From Octopus sinensis (lineage: Eukaryota): a stretch of DNA of 64,000 bases. The stretch is from NCBI RefSeq assembly GCF_006345805.1, contig NC_042997.1:176948001-177012000 (forward strand), written 5' to 3'. The notes below the pieces were generated by a model. That model did not search any database. It was not told where the DNA came from and saw only the letters and a list, made by a program, of their open reading frames with translations. Position numbers and translations under genes: made by a program. Of this stretch, positions 50,510 to 63,537 are shown piece by piece; positions within the stretch are counted from its first letter, which is position 1, and each line of letters begins with the position of its first letter.

Positions 50510-50595
50510 TAAAAATATATATTTGAGTCATTATGTCTGAAGAATGTTATAACATTCTTCAGACATAATGACTCAAATATATATTTTTTAACCTT
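50505..50595. repeat. spacer-less palindrome, 45/46-bp arms
   Basis: aaggttaaaaatatatatttgagtcattatgtctgaagaatgtta|taacattcttcagacataatgactcaaatatatattttttaacctt; single homopolymer indel. Confidence 0.97.
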
Positions 50596-50634
50596 TAAAA
50601 CAAGCCTTCTGTAGTTTTTTCACTTTTTACTATT

Positions 50635-50728
<94 letters not shown>

Positions 50729-50729
50729 T

Positions 50730-50751
<22 letters not shown>

Positions 50752-50760
<9 letters not shown>

Positions 50761-51349
50761 ATGGTGAATTGAAGAAATGGAGCTGAACGCAGATTGAACA
50801 GAAATCGTTTATTTCATTCTACACGTGTTTCGAAAGGCACAAATTACCAAAATCCGATTGAATAATGGGACCATATTGTGTCTTTCTCTTCAGGAAGAAA
50901 AAGGAAATCCGTTGGAAAAACAAAAACAGAGGCGGAGCAAAAACAAATCGAACTGTGCTCCTAAGAGCCCATGGCGAAACTGTTTATCAGTGTATGTTGA
51001 GAACCGGTGGCTGGTCACAAAGAACATCTATACACCCTCACCCACATGATTGACCGATGCCTGACCCGTTGAATTCTTCAGCCACCGGTTCTCAACATAC
51101 ACTGATAAACAGTTTCGCCATGGGCTCTTAGGAGCACAGTTCGATTTGTTTTTTGCTCCGCCTCTGTTCTGTTTTTGTTTTTCCAACGGATTTCCTTTTT
51201 TCTTCCTGAAGAGAAAGACACAATATGGTCCCATTATTCAATCGGATTTTGGTAATTTGTGCCTTTCGAAACACGTGTAGAATGAAATAAAACGATTTCT
51301 GTTCAATCTGCGTTCAGCTCCATTTCTTCAATTCACCAATAATGTTTTA
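50752..51349. repeat. long inverted repeat: arms 50752-51013 (262 bp) and 51079-51349 (271 bp), 65-bp spacer
   Basis: Arms differ only by four 1-nt homopolymer indels and one 5-nt unit (aacag); no substitutions seen. Confidence 0.97.
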
Positions 51350-51494
51350 ATTTCAATTATCCGCACCAACGCACGGTTGCAACGCCAGATGGTTGTACCT
51401 CCAACCGTGCTGTTTACTGCTGTGATTTTGCTACTAAGGTATCGGTTAAACTTTTGATTAATCTACTACAAGATTATTCATCTTTCTATTTCAC

Positions 51495-51496
<2 letters not shown>

Positions 51497-51573
<77 letters not shown>

Positions 51574-51680
51574 ATATATATGTGTATATATATATACATC
51601 TATATGTATATATATGTATATATATACATATATATGTATCTATATACACACTGGCATTTATGTGTGTGTGTGTGTGCACA
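51497..51680. repeat. (TA)n/(TG)n microsatellite
   Basis: Direct reading. Confidence 0.95.
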
Positions 51681-52459
51681 TGCATGTATGCAATATCATT
51701 TCAATGCTATTAATTTTTGAATGTTCGCTATGCTTTTTGAATGTTGCAAGAACTGTAAAGTATCTACCACAGTATACTGGGGTCGATATAATTAACTAAA
51801 ATTTTCTTACATGCTGGTACACCAGCATGGCCATAATCCAGTGATCCAAAATAATGGAATAAAGATGAATAAAATGTGAAGCTTCTGAATGCTGCTTAAC
51901 TCAAAGTGCAATAAGAAATAATAAAGTCACTCGACCTTGACAATAATGAAATATAGTTCTGAGTTGAGGAAAAAGTAAAAAAACAAACAAAACAAAATGA
52001 ATAACAAAGGCTTAAGTGATGTCGAAATGCTGAAGAAAAACATATCCGAAATTGGAATTATTCTGTTAACACTTTGTAAGGAAGGTGAAAGATATCGTAG
52101 AAAATGATGATTATGGTTCATTTCAGCAACACAAATCTAGAACTGTTGAATGGAATAATTTAAGAAGTATTTCCTCGTTTCCTCTTTGAAATATGAGAAA
52201 GTAATGAAACGAGACAGGAACATTAAAGAACTTGTGTGCTGGGATTATGTAAGATGTAGATAACATAGTGAAGGTTAATGTGATATATTATTTTGTGGTA
52301 ATGAAAATAGTTTACGCCAGAGAAGCGAGGTATAAAGGAAGAAGAATACAGGTACATGAAAAAAAAATGGGAGCTACAAACCTATTTTTCGGCAAAATGT
52401 TCAAAGATGAAAAAGAAATGATAGCTCACTAGTGCTCATATCTCAGCGCTGTGAGAGAT

Positions 52460-52552
52460 TATATATATGTATATATTTATACATACATACATACATACAT
52501 ACATACATACATACATACATACACACACACACATATATATGATATGTATATA

Positions 52553-52635
<83 letters not shown>
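52460..52635. repeat. (TACA)n/(TA)n microsatellite
   Basis: Direct reading. Confidence 0.95.
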
Positions 52636-52636
<1 letters not shown>

Positions 52637-53310
52637 GGTATTGAAAAGAAGGGAAAAACTGTTTTGGGTTTTGAATATCGTTGGCACAAATTATTGCTGC
52701 GCGGAGGCCATATTTAATTTCAGAAAATAATATAGCAAATAATGAAATAAAACTCATATGAATTATTGATATCATTTGCACCAGTAGTCATGCAAGCTGC
52801 TTTGATTTATCATACGAAATGGTAGGAAACAATAAAATGCATCTCTCTCTGACTTCTATCTAATTTATCTGGGTGTTATATCACATCATCTCCAATAACC
52901 TCTTTATTTTTCTAATGTTTCCTGTTAAACTGTCTGTTCAAAACTGAACTCTGTCTGATCGAAATCTTTTTATATTTCGTTTTGTTTCCAATATCCAATA
53001 AATTAAAGCATTTTGAGGCACTTTAATATCGGATTATGGCTGTCAGCTGCAACTGCACTAAGGTAAATGAGACGTGTATAAACAACCGTCCTCAGAGCGA
53101 TTCATATATCTTCATTTTCTTAGTGATCACCAGTATTGTTTCTACCAGGAGATGTCATATCCTTCTCGAGATCTTGATTGCAATGCTATGCTGTATTAGT
53201 TTTTACTTTAAAAAATTTCAGAGTAATTTATAGAATTTTGATTTTGATAACTTCTTGAAAATGCTGCTTGACCACACACTCCACCTACCCTCAGCAATCT
53301 AAATCAAACG

Positions 53311-53382
<72 letters not shown>

Positions 53383-53469
53383 ATATATAATATATATATT
53401 ATATATATATAATATATAATATATAATATATATATATATATATATAATATATAATATATAATATATATA

Positions 53470-53790
53470 GGCGCAGGAGTGGCTGTGTGGTAAGTAGCTT
53501 GCTTGCCAACCACATGGTTCTGGGGTCAGTCCCACTGCGTGGCACCTTGGACAAGTGTCTTCTACCATAGCCTCGGGCCGACCAAAGCCTTGTGAGTGGA
53601 TTTGGTAGACGGAAACTGAAAGAAGCCCGTCGTATATATGTATATATATATATATTTGCGTGTGTGTGTTTGTGTGTCTGTGTTTGTCCCCCTAGCATTG
53701 ATTGACAACCGATACTGGTGTGTTTCTGTCCCCTAACTTAGCGGTTCGGCAAAAGAGACCTATAGAACAAGTACTGGGCTTACGAAAGAT
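53470..53790 (+). mobile_element. SINE family B, near-complete copy
   Basis: ggcgcaggagtggctgtgtggtaag..gtcagtcccactgcgtggcaccttggacaagtgtcttct..gaaagaagcccgtcg..cttagcggttcggcaaaagagacc. Confidence 0.92.
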
Positions 53791-53791
53791 A

Positions 53792-53871
<80 letters not shown>

Positions 53872-55328
53872 GATCTATCTATCTATCTATCTATATATAT
53901 ATATATACAGTATATATCACTGTCGGTTACGACAACGAGTGCTCCAGTCGATCCGATCGACGGAACAGCCTGCTCGTAAAATTAATGTGCAAGTGGCTGA
54001 GCACTTCACGAGCGAACAAACCTGCAAGCTCGCCACATTAAAAGATGTATGTTATTATACATAAGCTTGAAAGATTGTGAGCGGGAATACTCGTTAGTAC
54101 GTCGGATAAAATGCTCAGCGGTCCACTTTATCTTTCATCCTTTTGGGGTCGATAAAATAAGTACCAATTGAACACTGGTACTTATCCCGTCCCCCAAAAT
54201 TGCAAATTTTGAAACCATTATTATGTGTGCTGAACGAGAAACTTTGAGAGCGTCGAAATAGATACGTTACAGGCAGTGAATGGGCAGAATATCCAGAGTG
54301 TAGGAAAAATACTTTGCAGTATTTTATCCAGCTTTCTGGTTCACCTGTTCAAAACTTGCCGTGGCCAACTTTATCTTATTTACTTTTGGGGTTGACCAAC
54401 AGGCAATGGATTGGCAGAATTGTTAACGAATGAAATGAGATGGCTTGACGTATTGGTTTTCGCGCATTGAATTCTGAGTTTTCAGGGGGAGACATAATCC
54501 AACATCCGGTTTAACGCCCCGCCATTTGGCGTCTGGGAAACTTTAGCAGAGTTCGTTCTCCAGATTTAGAATGAATTTTTCACTACCTTCCACCAGTTTT
54601 AGAGGCTCTGAAAAAAAAAAGTAGAGCTATAGCTGCTGTTCTTTTCTCTCTGATTAAACTAAACTAAATAAATAATTAAACAAACCATAAACAATACACC
54701 CCAACACACAAACACGCCTCTTGACAATTTGACTTCGATCAGAGATGCACATACAATATACATACGTACAATATACTGGGATCATTTTAAGTGAGAGAAA
54801 AAGCTAAAAATAGACGCCATATATTCTTCATAGGATGCCTTAATACCTTAAAGAAAGATCGAAAGACACCTTGAATGTTGTGGTGTTAGATATACAATGT
54901 GTGAATACAAGACAGAATGATTGTGATTAAAAGTCCTTTATCATAAGTCCTCACGAATTGGATAGACATAGTTGGGGTAAGGCTAGACATCAGAAGCCAG
55001 TGGGATCGTTTCGATCGTTCTTCTAGTTAGAGATAATCTCTAATTATCTCTTAAACTATACTTTTTCAATCAAAACTAAAAAGTTTCCTCTTTGTAGCCT
55101 TAGATACGCTGTCTTTGTATAAATAACTTTGATCATAATTATCTACTCCAACAGGAACTTACCTGGGGTTAAACAACAAGTGCAACTTCAGCAGTAACAG
55201 TAACAACATCAACAGTAACAGCAGAAGCAATAACAGCAGCAGCAGCAGCTACGACAACAAGGATTTCTTTGCTGCAGCCGACAACATCTACTGACGTGCA
55301 CAAAACAACTGGAACAAAAGCAGACGAC

Positions 55329-55395
<67 letters not shown>

Positions 55396-55726
55396 AGAGA
55401 AAGTAACAGGCATAAAACATTAAAAAAATGCATTGAAAAACTCAGTAGTATATAATATTTATGTAATTATAAAGTGAGGAACATTCCATTTAAAGGTCTG
55501 CTATAATATTACGTAATAGATAGTAATAATATCATGAATGGTGCTGACAGGAAACATTGTATTAAAATATCTATGTCTAGGATATTGATTTCTGATTTTA
55601 GTGTTGCTTTTGGTGTTGTCTATCTGTCTATACCTGTCTATCTGTCAATCTGTCTGTCTGTCTACCCATCTTCTTGCCTACCTGTCTCTTTCCCTCCCTA
55701 TATCCTACCTCATTAAACCTGCTTAC

Positions 55727-55815
<89 letters not shown>

Positions 55816-56321
55816 GTCTATCGTCAATATTGTCACGCCTCCTTCCTTCAAACGGGAAGGAAGAGCTATTTTCATCATCCTTGTGGCTATGGCGAAAGAA
55901 TGTATCTGGTGGACGCGTCTGAAAGGATTGGAGACAAACACTTCCTCTCTGGTCAATCTCTCATCAACTTCTTCAAGTACCACTTGAAAAGGAAAGTGAG
56001 AGTAGAGAGGCAAGTTTTGTCTAGCGAATGTTTTAAAAAAAGATGGGTGAATGTTGCAAGAATGGCACGTATGAATGACGAAGCCACCTTGAGCATAGTC
56101 CTATGAACCCAGAAATCGAAAACAGAGAGTTACTTATTTGCAAAAAAAAAAAAAAAAAAAAAAAAAAGAATATAAAATGTGACTTCATTGACCGAGGTTA
56201 CCGTGGTCTTTTCCGTAGGCTTTTCTTTCCACGGGTAAACCTCACCTGTCCTCCCCTTTACACTTCATATTGACATTTCTGTGATAACGATCCCTATTGA
56301 TCATTTTTTTTTTTTTTCTCT

Positions 56322-56360
<39 letters not shown>

Positions 56361-56519
56361 CCTTTTTTTTTGTCCTCTTTCTCTCCTTTTACGATCCCTT
56401 TTGATCGAACCTCCCCCTTCCTATTTTTTTTTTTTTTTTTTTAATACCTTCAAAAGAAAAGCTCTACCTTGTAATTTGTTCTATCTGTGTGCAGCCCTGT
56501 GTGGCTAATAAAGAAACAT

Positions 56520-56520
<1 letters not shown>
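55816..56520 (+). mobile_element. 5'-truncated L1/Tx1-type LINE (ORF2 C-terminus + 3' UTR) between (TCTA)n arrays
   Basis: IFIILVAMAKECIWWTRLKGL / FLSGQSLINFFKYHLKRKVRVER..RWVNVARMARM* across one frameshift; internal poly(A), poly(T) tracts and aataaa before the right (TCTA)n. Confidence 0.7.
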
Positions 56521-56805
<285 letters not shown>

Positions 56806-57013
56806 TCATCAGCTCAGACTCTTACCCATATAAAATCTCCTTTTTCCAACCTTATTTTTTCTTTCCTTCCGTCACCTTCACTCTTTCGCTTTGTGGAACC
56901 TTCTGTCTGTCTATTGTTATAATTTCATCTCTGAAATATTGATTAACAAATTGAGATAAAGAAAGAGAGCAGGAAGAGACAGCGTGTTGTGAGAGGGTAC
57001 GGAGAATGTGGAT

Positions 57014-57135
<122 letters not shown>

Positions 57136-57747
57136 GATCTGGAGAGAGGTAGAAAGATAGAAAGAATTAGGCAGGAAATATATCGATCCATATCTAGTAA
57201 GGAATTCAGAAAATGATATTTCAGTGAGGTAAGTTCTGGAAATCCAAGGAAAACAGATGGTAGTTTGCGTCGGTTTTCACAGCTCACAGCAATTCATGTT
57301 ATAATTTAGTTTGATATAGTTTTTATTCTATACATTTCAGCTCAGGGTAGAAGGCGTAGTTAGTGTGTGAATAAAGTGAATGCTGTTGTTTAACCTCAGG
57401 TTAATCCAAATCTAGGAGTGTTAAGATAAAAGGTATTCCTGTCGTGACCATTCTGTCTTTTATTAATACTTAGTCATACTGAGCCACTTTTTGCCATATG
57501 TCATTCTTTCTCTAGGGCAGCAGAATGTGGTTTTCGGGAACATCAACTGCTAGTTCTAGCAGGTGAAACTGGTATGGCCTCTGAATATTTTCCGTTTACT
57601 AGGCACAAATAATCTTATTCATTAAGGACGAGCTGTGACGTTTAGGAGGCTGCGAATTTCATTTCTTTTGCGATTAGTCTTGTGAAGTGTACTGACAAGA
57701 TGTTGAGTATATATACCAGTCACGCACACTAGTGTAACATCAAGTTT

Positions 57748-58156
57748 GGAAGCACTCCGTCGGTTCCGACGACGAGGGTTCCGGTTGATCCGAATCAACG
57801 GAACAGCCTGCTCGTGAAATTAACGTGTAAGTGGCTGAGCACTCCACAGACACGTGTACCCTTAACGTAGTTCTCGGAGATATTCAGCGTGACACAGAGA
57901 GTGACAAGGCCGGCCCTTTGAAATACAGGTACAACAGAAAGAGGAAGTAAGAGTGAGAGAAAGTTGTGGTGAAAGAGTGAGAGAAAGTTGTGGTGAAAGA
58001 GTACAGCAGGGATCACCACCATCCCTGCCGGAGCCTCGTGGAGCTTTAGGTGTTTTCGCTCAATAAACACTCACAACGCCCGGTCTGGGAATCGAAACCG
58101 CGATCCTACGACCGCGAGTCCGCTGTCCTAACCACTGGGCCATTGCGCCTCCACAG
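57748..58156 (-). mobile_element. full-length SINE family C with 10-bp TSD
   Basis: Head gtggaggcgcaatggcccagtggttagg (A box) ..gtttcgattccc (B box); TSD catcaagttt at 57738-57747 and 58157-58166; internal ~24-bp tandem duplication gagtgagagaaagttgtggtgaaa. Confidence 0.93.
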
Positions 58157-58315
58157 CATCAAGTTTTAAAACTATGCCGACTACACAAACCAAAAAGCCA
58201 TATTTCAACACAACCACAAAATCACTCAAAACAAACACTAATCCAAAACCAATGTGGAAGTTTGTGTGTGGTTATTCAATTTACGTTAATCTGCACCTCA
58301 ATGTTCTTAAACCTA

Positions 58316-58748
58316 AAGGCGGCGAGTAGCAGAAACGTTAGCATGCCGGGCGAATTGCTTAAAGGTTTTTCGTCTGTCTTTTATGTTCTGAGCTCAAATT
58401 CCGTCGAGGTCGACTTTGCCTTTCATCCTTTCGGGGTCGATAAATTAAGTACCAGTTACGCACTGGGGTCGATGTAATCGACTTAATCCCTTTGTCTGTC
58501 CTTGATTGTCCCCTCTATGTTTAGCCCCTTGTGGGCAATAATGAAATAAGAAACGTTAGCACGCCGGGTGAAATGCTTCGCGGTATTTCGTTTGTCTTTA
58601 CGTTCTGAGTTCAAATTCTGCCGAGGTCGATTTTGCCTTTCATCCTTTCGGGGTTGATTAATTGAGTACCATTTGCGTACTGGGGTCGATCTAATCGACT
58701 GGCTACTTCCCCCTAAATTTCGAGCCTTTTGCCTAGAGTAGAAAAGAA
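58316..58748 (+). mobile_element. SINE family A dimer (tail-1 + tail-2)
   Basis: Junction gaaataag|aaacgttagc at 58550/58551; ends aaatttcgagccttttgcctagagtagaaaagaat. Confidence 0.92.
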
Positions 58749-59880
58749 TAAAATAGCTTACCTCTGCGTCATAGAAAATAATATGACACAGAAAAACGGA
58801 AGTCAGCCATTATCTTCTCCTAAAAGTCTCAAATCGAACAAAGTTGAACCTTTCTTTAATAATGCAACAACGGTAATAGAAAAATATAACCAAGCTGATC
58901 AAAACGACAAAATACACAACAATAACAAAATTTGCTAACGCGTCCTATATAACTAATTCAACAAAAGAACCCCACCAAAACTAAATACTGAACCAACCGT
59001 AAAACGATATAAGCCAAACTGTCTTTAATAAAACCTTCATAAATCTAAAAAAAAATTCATAACCATAGAAGATATAGATATTACAATGATGCAGGGAGTA
59101 AAGATACAACTCTAATAAAGGACACTTCAATGCCAACTAAACGTGTAAATAAGAGCAAATAAAACCACAACTGAGGTCTCAAACCATACATCAGTCCATA
59201 GGTCCAGTACTCAGATTCAACAAATGTAAGCAAACAAAACACGCTCTATAATAATATGAGATGTATGTCTTCAATATGAAAACTCATAAACGTATACGTG
59301 GCATCGACATTACCGACTAAATTAAGAACTCCAGCTGCAAGAGAATAACACCAGATTGGACATTTCAGCTACAGCACACGACTACTATAATTCACATTCC
59401 AGCTATAACATATGAGCACACACCAACAAGTCGTAATTGGTATAGACTTTAATTCGTTCAACATATCATGGTATACAGACAATGCAGATAACACATGAGA
59501 TACTAACAGCCCAACTAATTTTTTTTTGTTTTTGAAAGATCCGTCTCGACGTATCTCTATACTTCTCTAAGTTAACTATTTTAAAGACAATACTTTCTGC
59601 TTCATACATATGCATGTCACATACACACAACAAGTAGCTCATCAAAATCTCTTTCAATCAACCGCCTATCAACAATACAATCCCCTCTATAAAAAAATGA
59701 ACAAAACAGGAATATGTTGAAAACAACTTTTAAATGGCTCTATTGGAAATATATCATCCAAAATAGATAATTAATTCGTAGAATTCAGCAACACTATAAT
59801 TTCCATACCCTCTGTTATACATAGTTTTATACTTAAAATCTAAAATTGAAATATGAACAGTGTACATTATAAACCCAAAT

Positions 59881-60097
59881 AAAAGGCGGCGAGCTGTCAG
59901 AATCGTTAGCACGCTGGACAAAATGCTTAGCGGTGTTTCGCACCGTCGCTACGTTCTGAGTTCAAATTCCGCCGCGGTCGACTTTGCCTTTTATCCTTTC
60001 GGGGTCGATAAATTAAGTACGAGTGAAACACTGGGGTCGATGTAATCGCCTCATCCTCTTCCCAAAAATTGCTGTCCTTGTGGCAAAATTTGAAACT
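59881..60097 (+). mobile_element. SINE family A monomer (tail-3) with 15-bp TSD
   Basis: TSD attataaacccaaat at 59866-59880 and 60098-60112. Confidence 0.93.
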
Positions 60098-61475
60098 ATT
60101 ATAAACCCAAATGTAGAACTGAAAAAGAAACGGCCCTCCGAAGTATTCGAAGCTCCTTTCCACCGAGTTCAATCCGAAGTACTAGCCTGTACGCTGTTAC
60201 GAAAAGTAAAAGCCAAATCTACTTCAAATAACACACTTGTACCATCTTAAACAAAGACACATTGTGTAATGTAGTCCAAGATACCATTTTAAAAATATAA
60301 TGTTCCTGACGAGTAAGGTTTGTTTAATCAAGTTGATATAGGGTTTAACATTAACTCTGAATCAGAGCATAACACACCTCTATCTCAACAGAAGTACTGC
60401 GATTGTATTCCTAAAACCCCACAAACTCTTGTAACGATTTTATCACTCACAGCATGAGAAACAACTAAAGCATCAAGGTGAACGTATATAATTCATAAAA
60501 TATCACCAATCTATACTTTGTAAATTGCACCAAATTTACCGTAATGTAATATAAGCAGTCTAAAAATATTTTTAATGGGGTTAAAATATTTCACATTGCA
60601 CACAGCATTTGCTTTGTAATAAGATGAGGTATCATGCTCCGACATGAATGAATGAGACCCTCCCAAACTTCTAAAAACCTCGTGAAACTATTTCTTCCAA
60701 CGTGAAATAAGATTTATAGTTTGTAAAATTTGTAAAAGTCACTGGACAAAATATATATTTGATAAAATTATTGTAGAAGGTGAAGTAAAATATATCCCTA
60801 AAATACCATAAAAAGTACAACCTAAATTATGCAACTGAAATAGCCAATCTGAAGAAAAAAAAAGCTAGGGATAATATCCTACATAGACGGTAATACCAGA
60901 TACAACAAAAACAAAACTCAGCTGTCAGAAATTAACATAATAATAACAAAGGAAATAAATCAAAGGAGAGCAGTAAACTGGCAAACATTTGTAACCAACA
61001 TAAATTATAAAACAAGCAGTAAAATATATAGAAAATAATTAGTAGCATCAAAAGCTATAAAAATGGCCATATTACATTATATGCTGCAACAAAACGTCGA
61101 TTAACATATTCAGACTCCAACCACAAACAAATTCCTTTGACCATATACGTTTTTAAAATCGTTAGTCAAAACTACACAAGCACAATCTGTATGGTAAGAT
61201 CGTCCTCCTACATAGACCGTGACTTCGACTCCTTTCAGTCGTCGGATAACAGAAAAACAAACGAGATGTCATGATGGCGCAAAATTCAAAACAATCGGAG
61301 ACCGACAAAATAGAAAAAAAAATCATACACACTGCACATTGGGACTAGATGGAATTTTTTCCCCCGAACCAACAAATTTTACATTGTTAAACCTCAAAAT
61401 TGGGTAATTGGGATGGAATTAAAACATTTCCACAACCAAAGCTGCCAACATAGACTCACCACCTTAAAAAGTGTA

Positions 61476-62001
61476 TATTGTAAATCCTCGAGTATAATCC
61501 GCATTTTTTTCCCAAAATTTAAAGGTCAAAATCTCTAGTGCGTACTATATACGAGGTTAAAAATGAAAAATATTTTCTAAGCAATGTCCGAGTCTCTATT
61601 TGCTGTCCGGCAATGTTTATTCAGATGCATTTTGTGATGCTGGGTGCGAAAATACCTTAAGCTAAGCCTGAAAGCAATGAAGTCATAAAAGAATCATCCA
61701 TAACTTGCAGTAAGCAACATTAATTAAAATAAAAGTATTCAGAACACAGAATAACATGTAACAAAAACAATTTGCAAACATATTTACATTCCCATATAAC
61801 AGTTAAGAACATCACCATTATTGTATTACGCATGCGCGGAAGTGTTTGTTCGACTAGGTACTGCTGGCTTAATAACGCAAGTCTCAAGTTAGAGAAGGGG
61901 TGCGTATTATACAAAAGGTTTAGGGTTTTCAGAGGTACAGCCCTCTAAAAATCCCCTGCGTATTATACTCAAGGGTGGATTATACTCGAAGATTTACGGT
62001 A
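61476..62001. mobile_element. Tc1/mariner-pogo-type MITE
   Basis: TIRs ta(tt)gtaaatcctcgagtataatcc and ggattatactcgaagatttacggta, TA ends; subterminal repeats gcgtattatac. Confidence 0.85.
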
Positions 62002-62146
62002 CTCAAAAGCATTTACAGACATATTCGTCTTTGACATCACAAAGCTCCATGTTCCTCTTCCCAGTTTAATTCATTGAACTGCAACACTACTCAAAAACCT
62101 GTTGAATAGAATACATACAGTTACCTCAACAGCAGCAACAACGAAG

Positions 62147-62340
62147 TGGAGGCGCAATGGCCCAGTGGTTAGGGCAGCGGACTCGCGGTCGTAAGCACGC
62201 GGTTTCGATTCCCAAACCGGGCATTGTGAGTGCTTATTGAGTAAAAACACCTGAGCTCCACGAGGCTCCGGCGGGATGGTGGTGGTGAACCCCGCTATAC
62301 TCTTTCACCACAACTTTCTTTCACTTTTTCTTCCTACTTC
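62147..62340 (+). mobile_element. SINE family C 5' half
   Basis: gtggaggcgcaatggcccagtggttagggcagcggactcgcggtcg..gtttcgattccc..ctttcaccacaactttct. Confidence 0.9.
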
Positions 62341-62634
62341 AGCCACAAAGCAGAGGAACCATGGTGTAACCCACTATACTGTGGTAAACTTTCAGACCCT
62401 AGTCTAGAGAGGTTATGAACTAGAGAAATGACTGCAAGGTCACCAAGACTGACCATGATTCGATGATGCTGTTCTAGATAACTACATAACAATCTCTATT
62501 AACAAAAGGTTATGCGACCAGGCTACTAACAGAATACAGTTGAGTGTAAGCATTTAATTCTCGGATTGAGAATATCTTGATGTTTCTTGATGCTTCCTAT
62601 GACAGTAACCAAAAAGTCCATATTTTCTCTTTAC

Positions 62635-62684
62635 TTGTTTCAGAAGCGCTGCGAAAAGCCATGTACACTGTCCTCGTCTTCTGG
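62635..62684 (-). CDS. candidate 50-nt exon (QKTRTVYMAFRSASET or RRRGQCTWLFAALLKQ)
   Basis: Strong acceptor tttgtttgtttctgtttcag|, moderate donor caa|gtaaag; a strong plus-strand acceptor overlaps it, so ambiguous. Confidence 0.22.
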
Positions 62685-62769
62685 CTGAAACAGAAACAAA
62701 CAAACAATTATAGGAAAGCTTTCACGATAAATGTCAATACAAGCACATTATTATCTATGCACTTCTCTA

Positions 62770-63142
62770 AGGCGGCGAGCTGGCAGAAACGTCAGCACGC
62801 CGGGCGAAATGCGCAGCCGTATTTCGTCTGCCGTTACGTTCTGAGTTCAAATTCCGCCGAGGTCGACTTTACCTTTCTTCCTTTCGGGGTCGATTAAATA
62901 AGTCCCAGTTACGCATTGGGGTCGATATAATCGACTTAATCCGTTTGTCAGTCCTTGCTTGTCCTCTCTGTGTTTAGCCCCTTGTGGGTAGTAAAGAAAT
63001 AGGTATTTCGTCTGCTGCTACCTTTTGAGTTCAAATTCCGCCGGGGTCGATTAAATAAGTACCAGTTCCGCACTGGAATCGGTGTAATCGATTTAATTCC
63101 TTCTCTAAATTTGAGGCCTTGTGCTTCCGCTACAAAGGATTT
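62770..63142 (+). mobile_element. SINE family A dimer with one 16-bp TSD around the whole unit
   Basis: TSD tctatgcacttctcta at 62754-62769 and 63143-63158; junction aaagaaatag|gtatttcg at 63002/63003. Confidence 0.93.
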
Positions 63143-63504
63143 TCTATGCACTTCTCTACGATGGAAGGAATAATACTCTAATATATGTAATAACTATTTC
63201 AAGGAGTTAAAATATCAGAAATGAATTTTTCAAGTGTTTCAAAAAGTTATATGTATGCAATTAAATTTATTTAGCGTATCACATTTTCCTATATCCGCAT
63301 ATGTAAAGAAAATATTTCTGCATCTTCGTGCTTTATTTAAGAGCTACAGAAGCACTAAAATATAAATGATAACAAGAAAAAAAATTAAATACGGAATAAT
63401 TTTCATATCACCTAAGTTTAAACGTTCATGTACTAATGTAACCTTAGCAGATGAAGAAAAATGAATGTAGCTGTTTCTATGTAACTATCTGTCAGTCTGT
63501 TTAG

Positions 63505-63537
<33 letters not shown>

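Noticed and set aside
51014-51078. Sequencing adapter in the fold-back spacer
   Set aside because: It does not resemble the SMRTbell hairpin adapter as I recall it, and reads as genomic sequence
57748-58156. SINE heads as tRNA genes (also 9938, 40928, 42560, 62147)
   Set aside because: A and B boxes are present but there is no complete cloverleaf; they continue into SINE bodies with TSDs
60100-60230. Minus-strand acceptors near 60119 and 60205 as exons
   Set aside because: No suitable donor; the frame runs into a SINE/TSD
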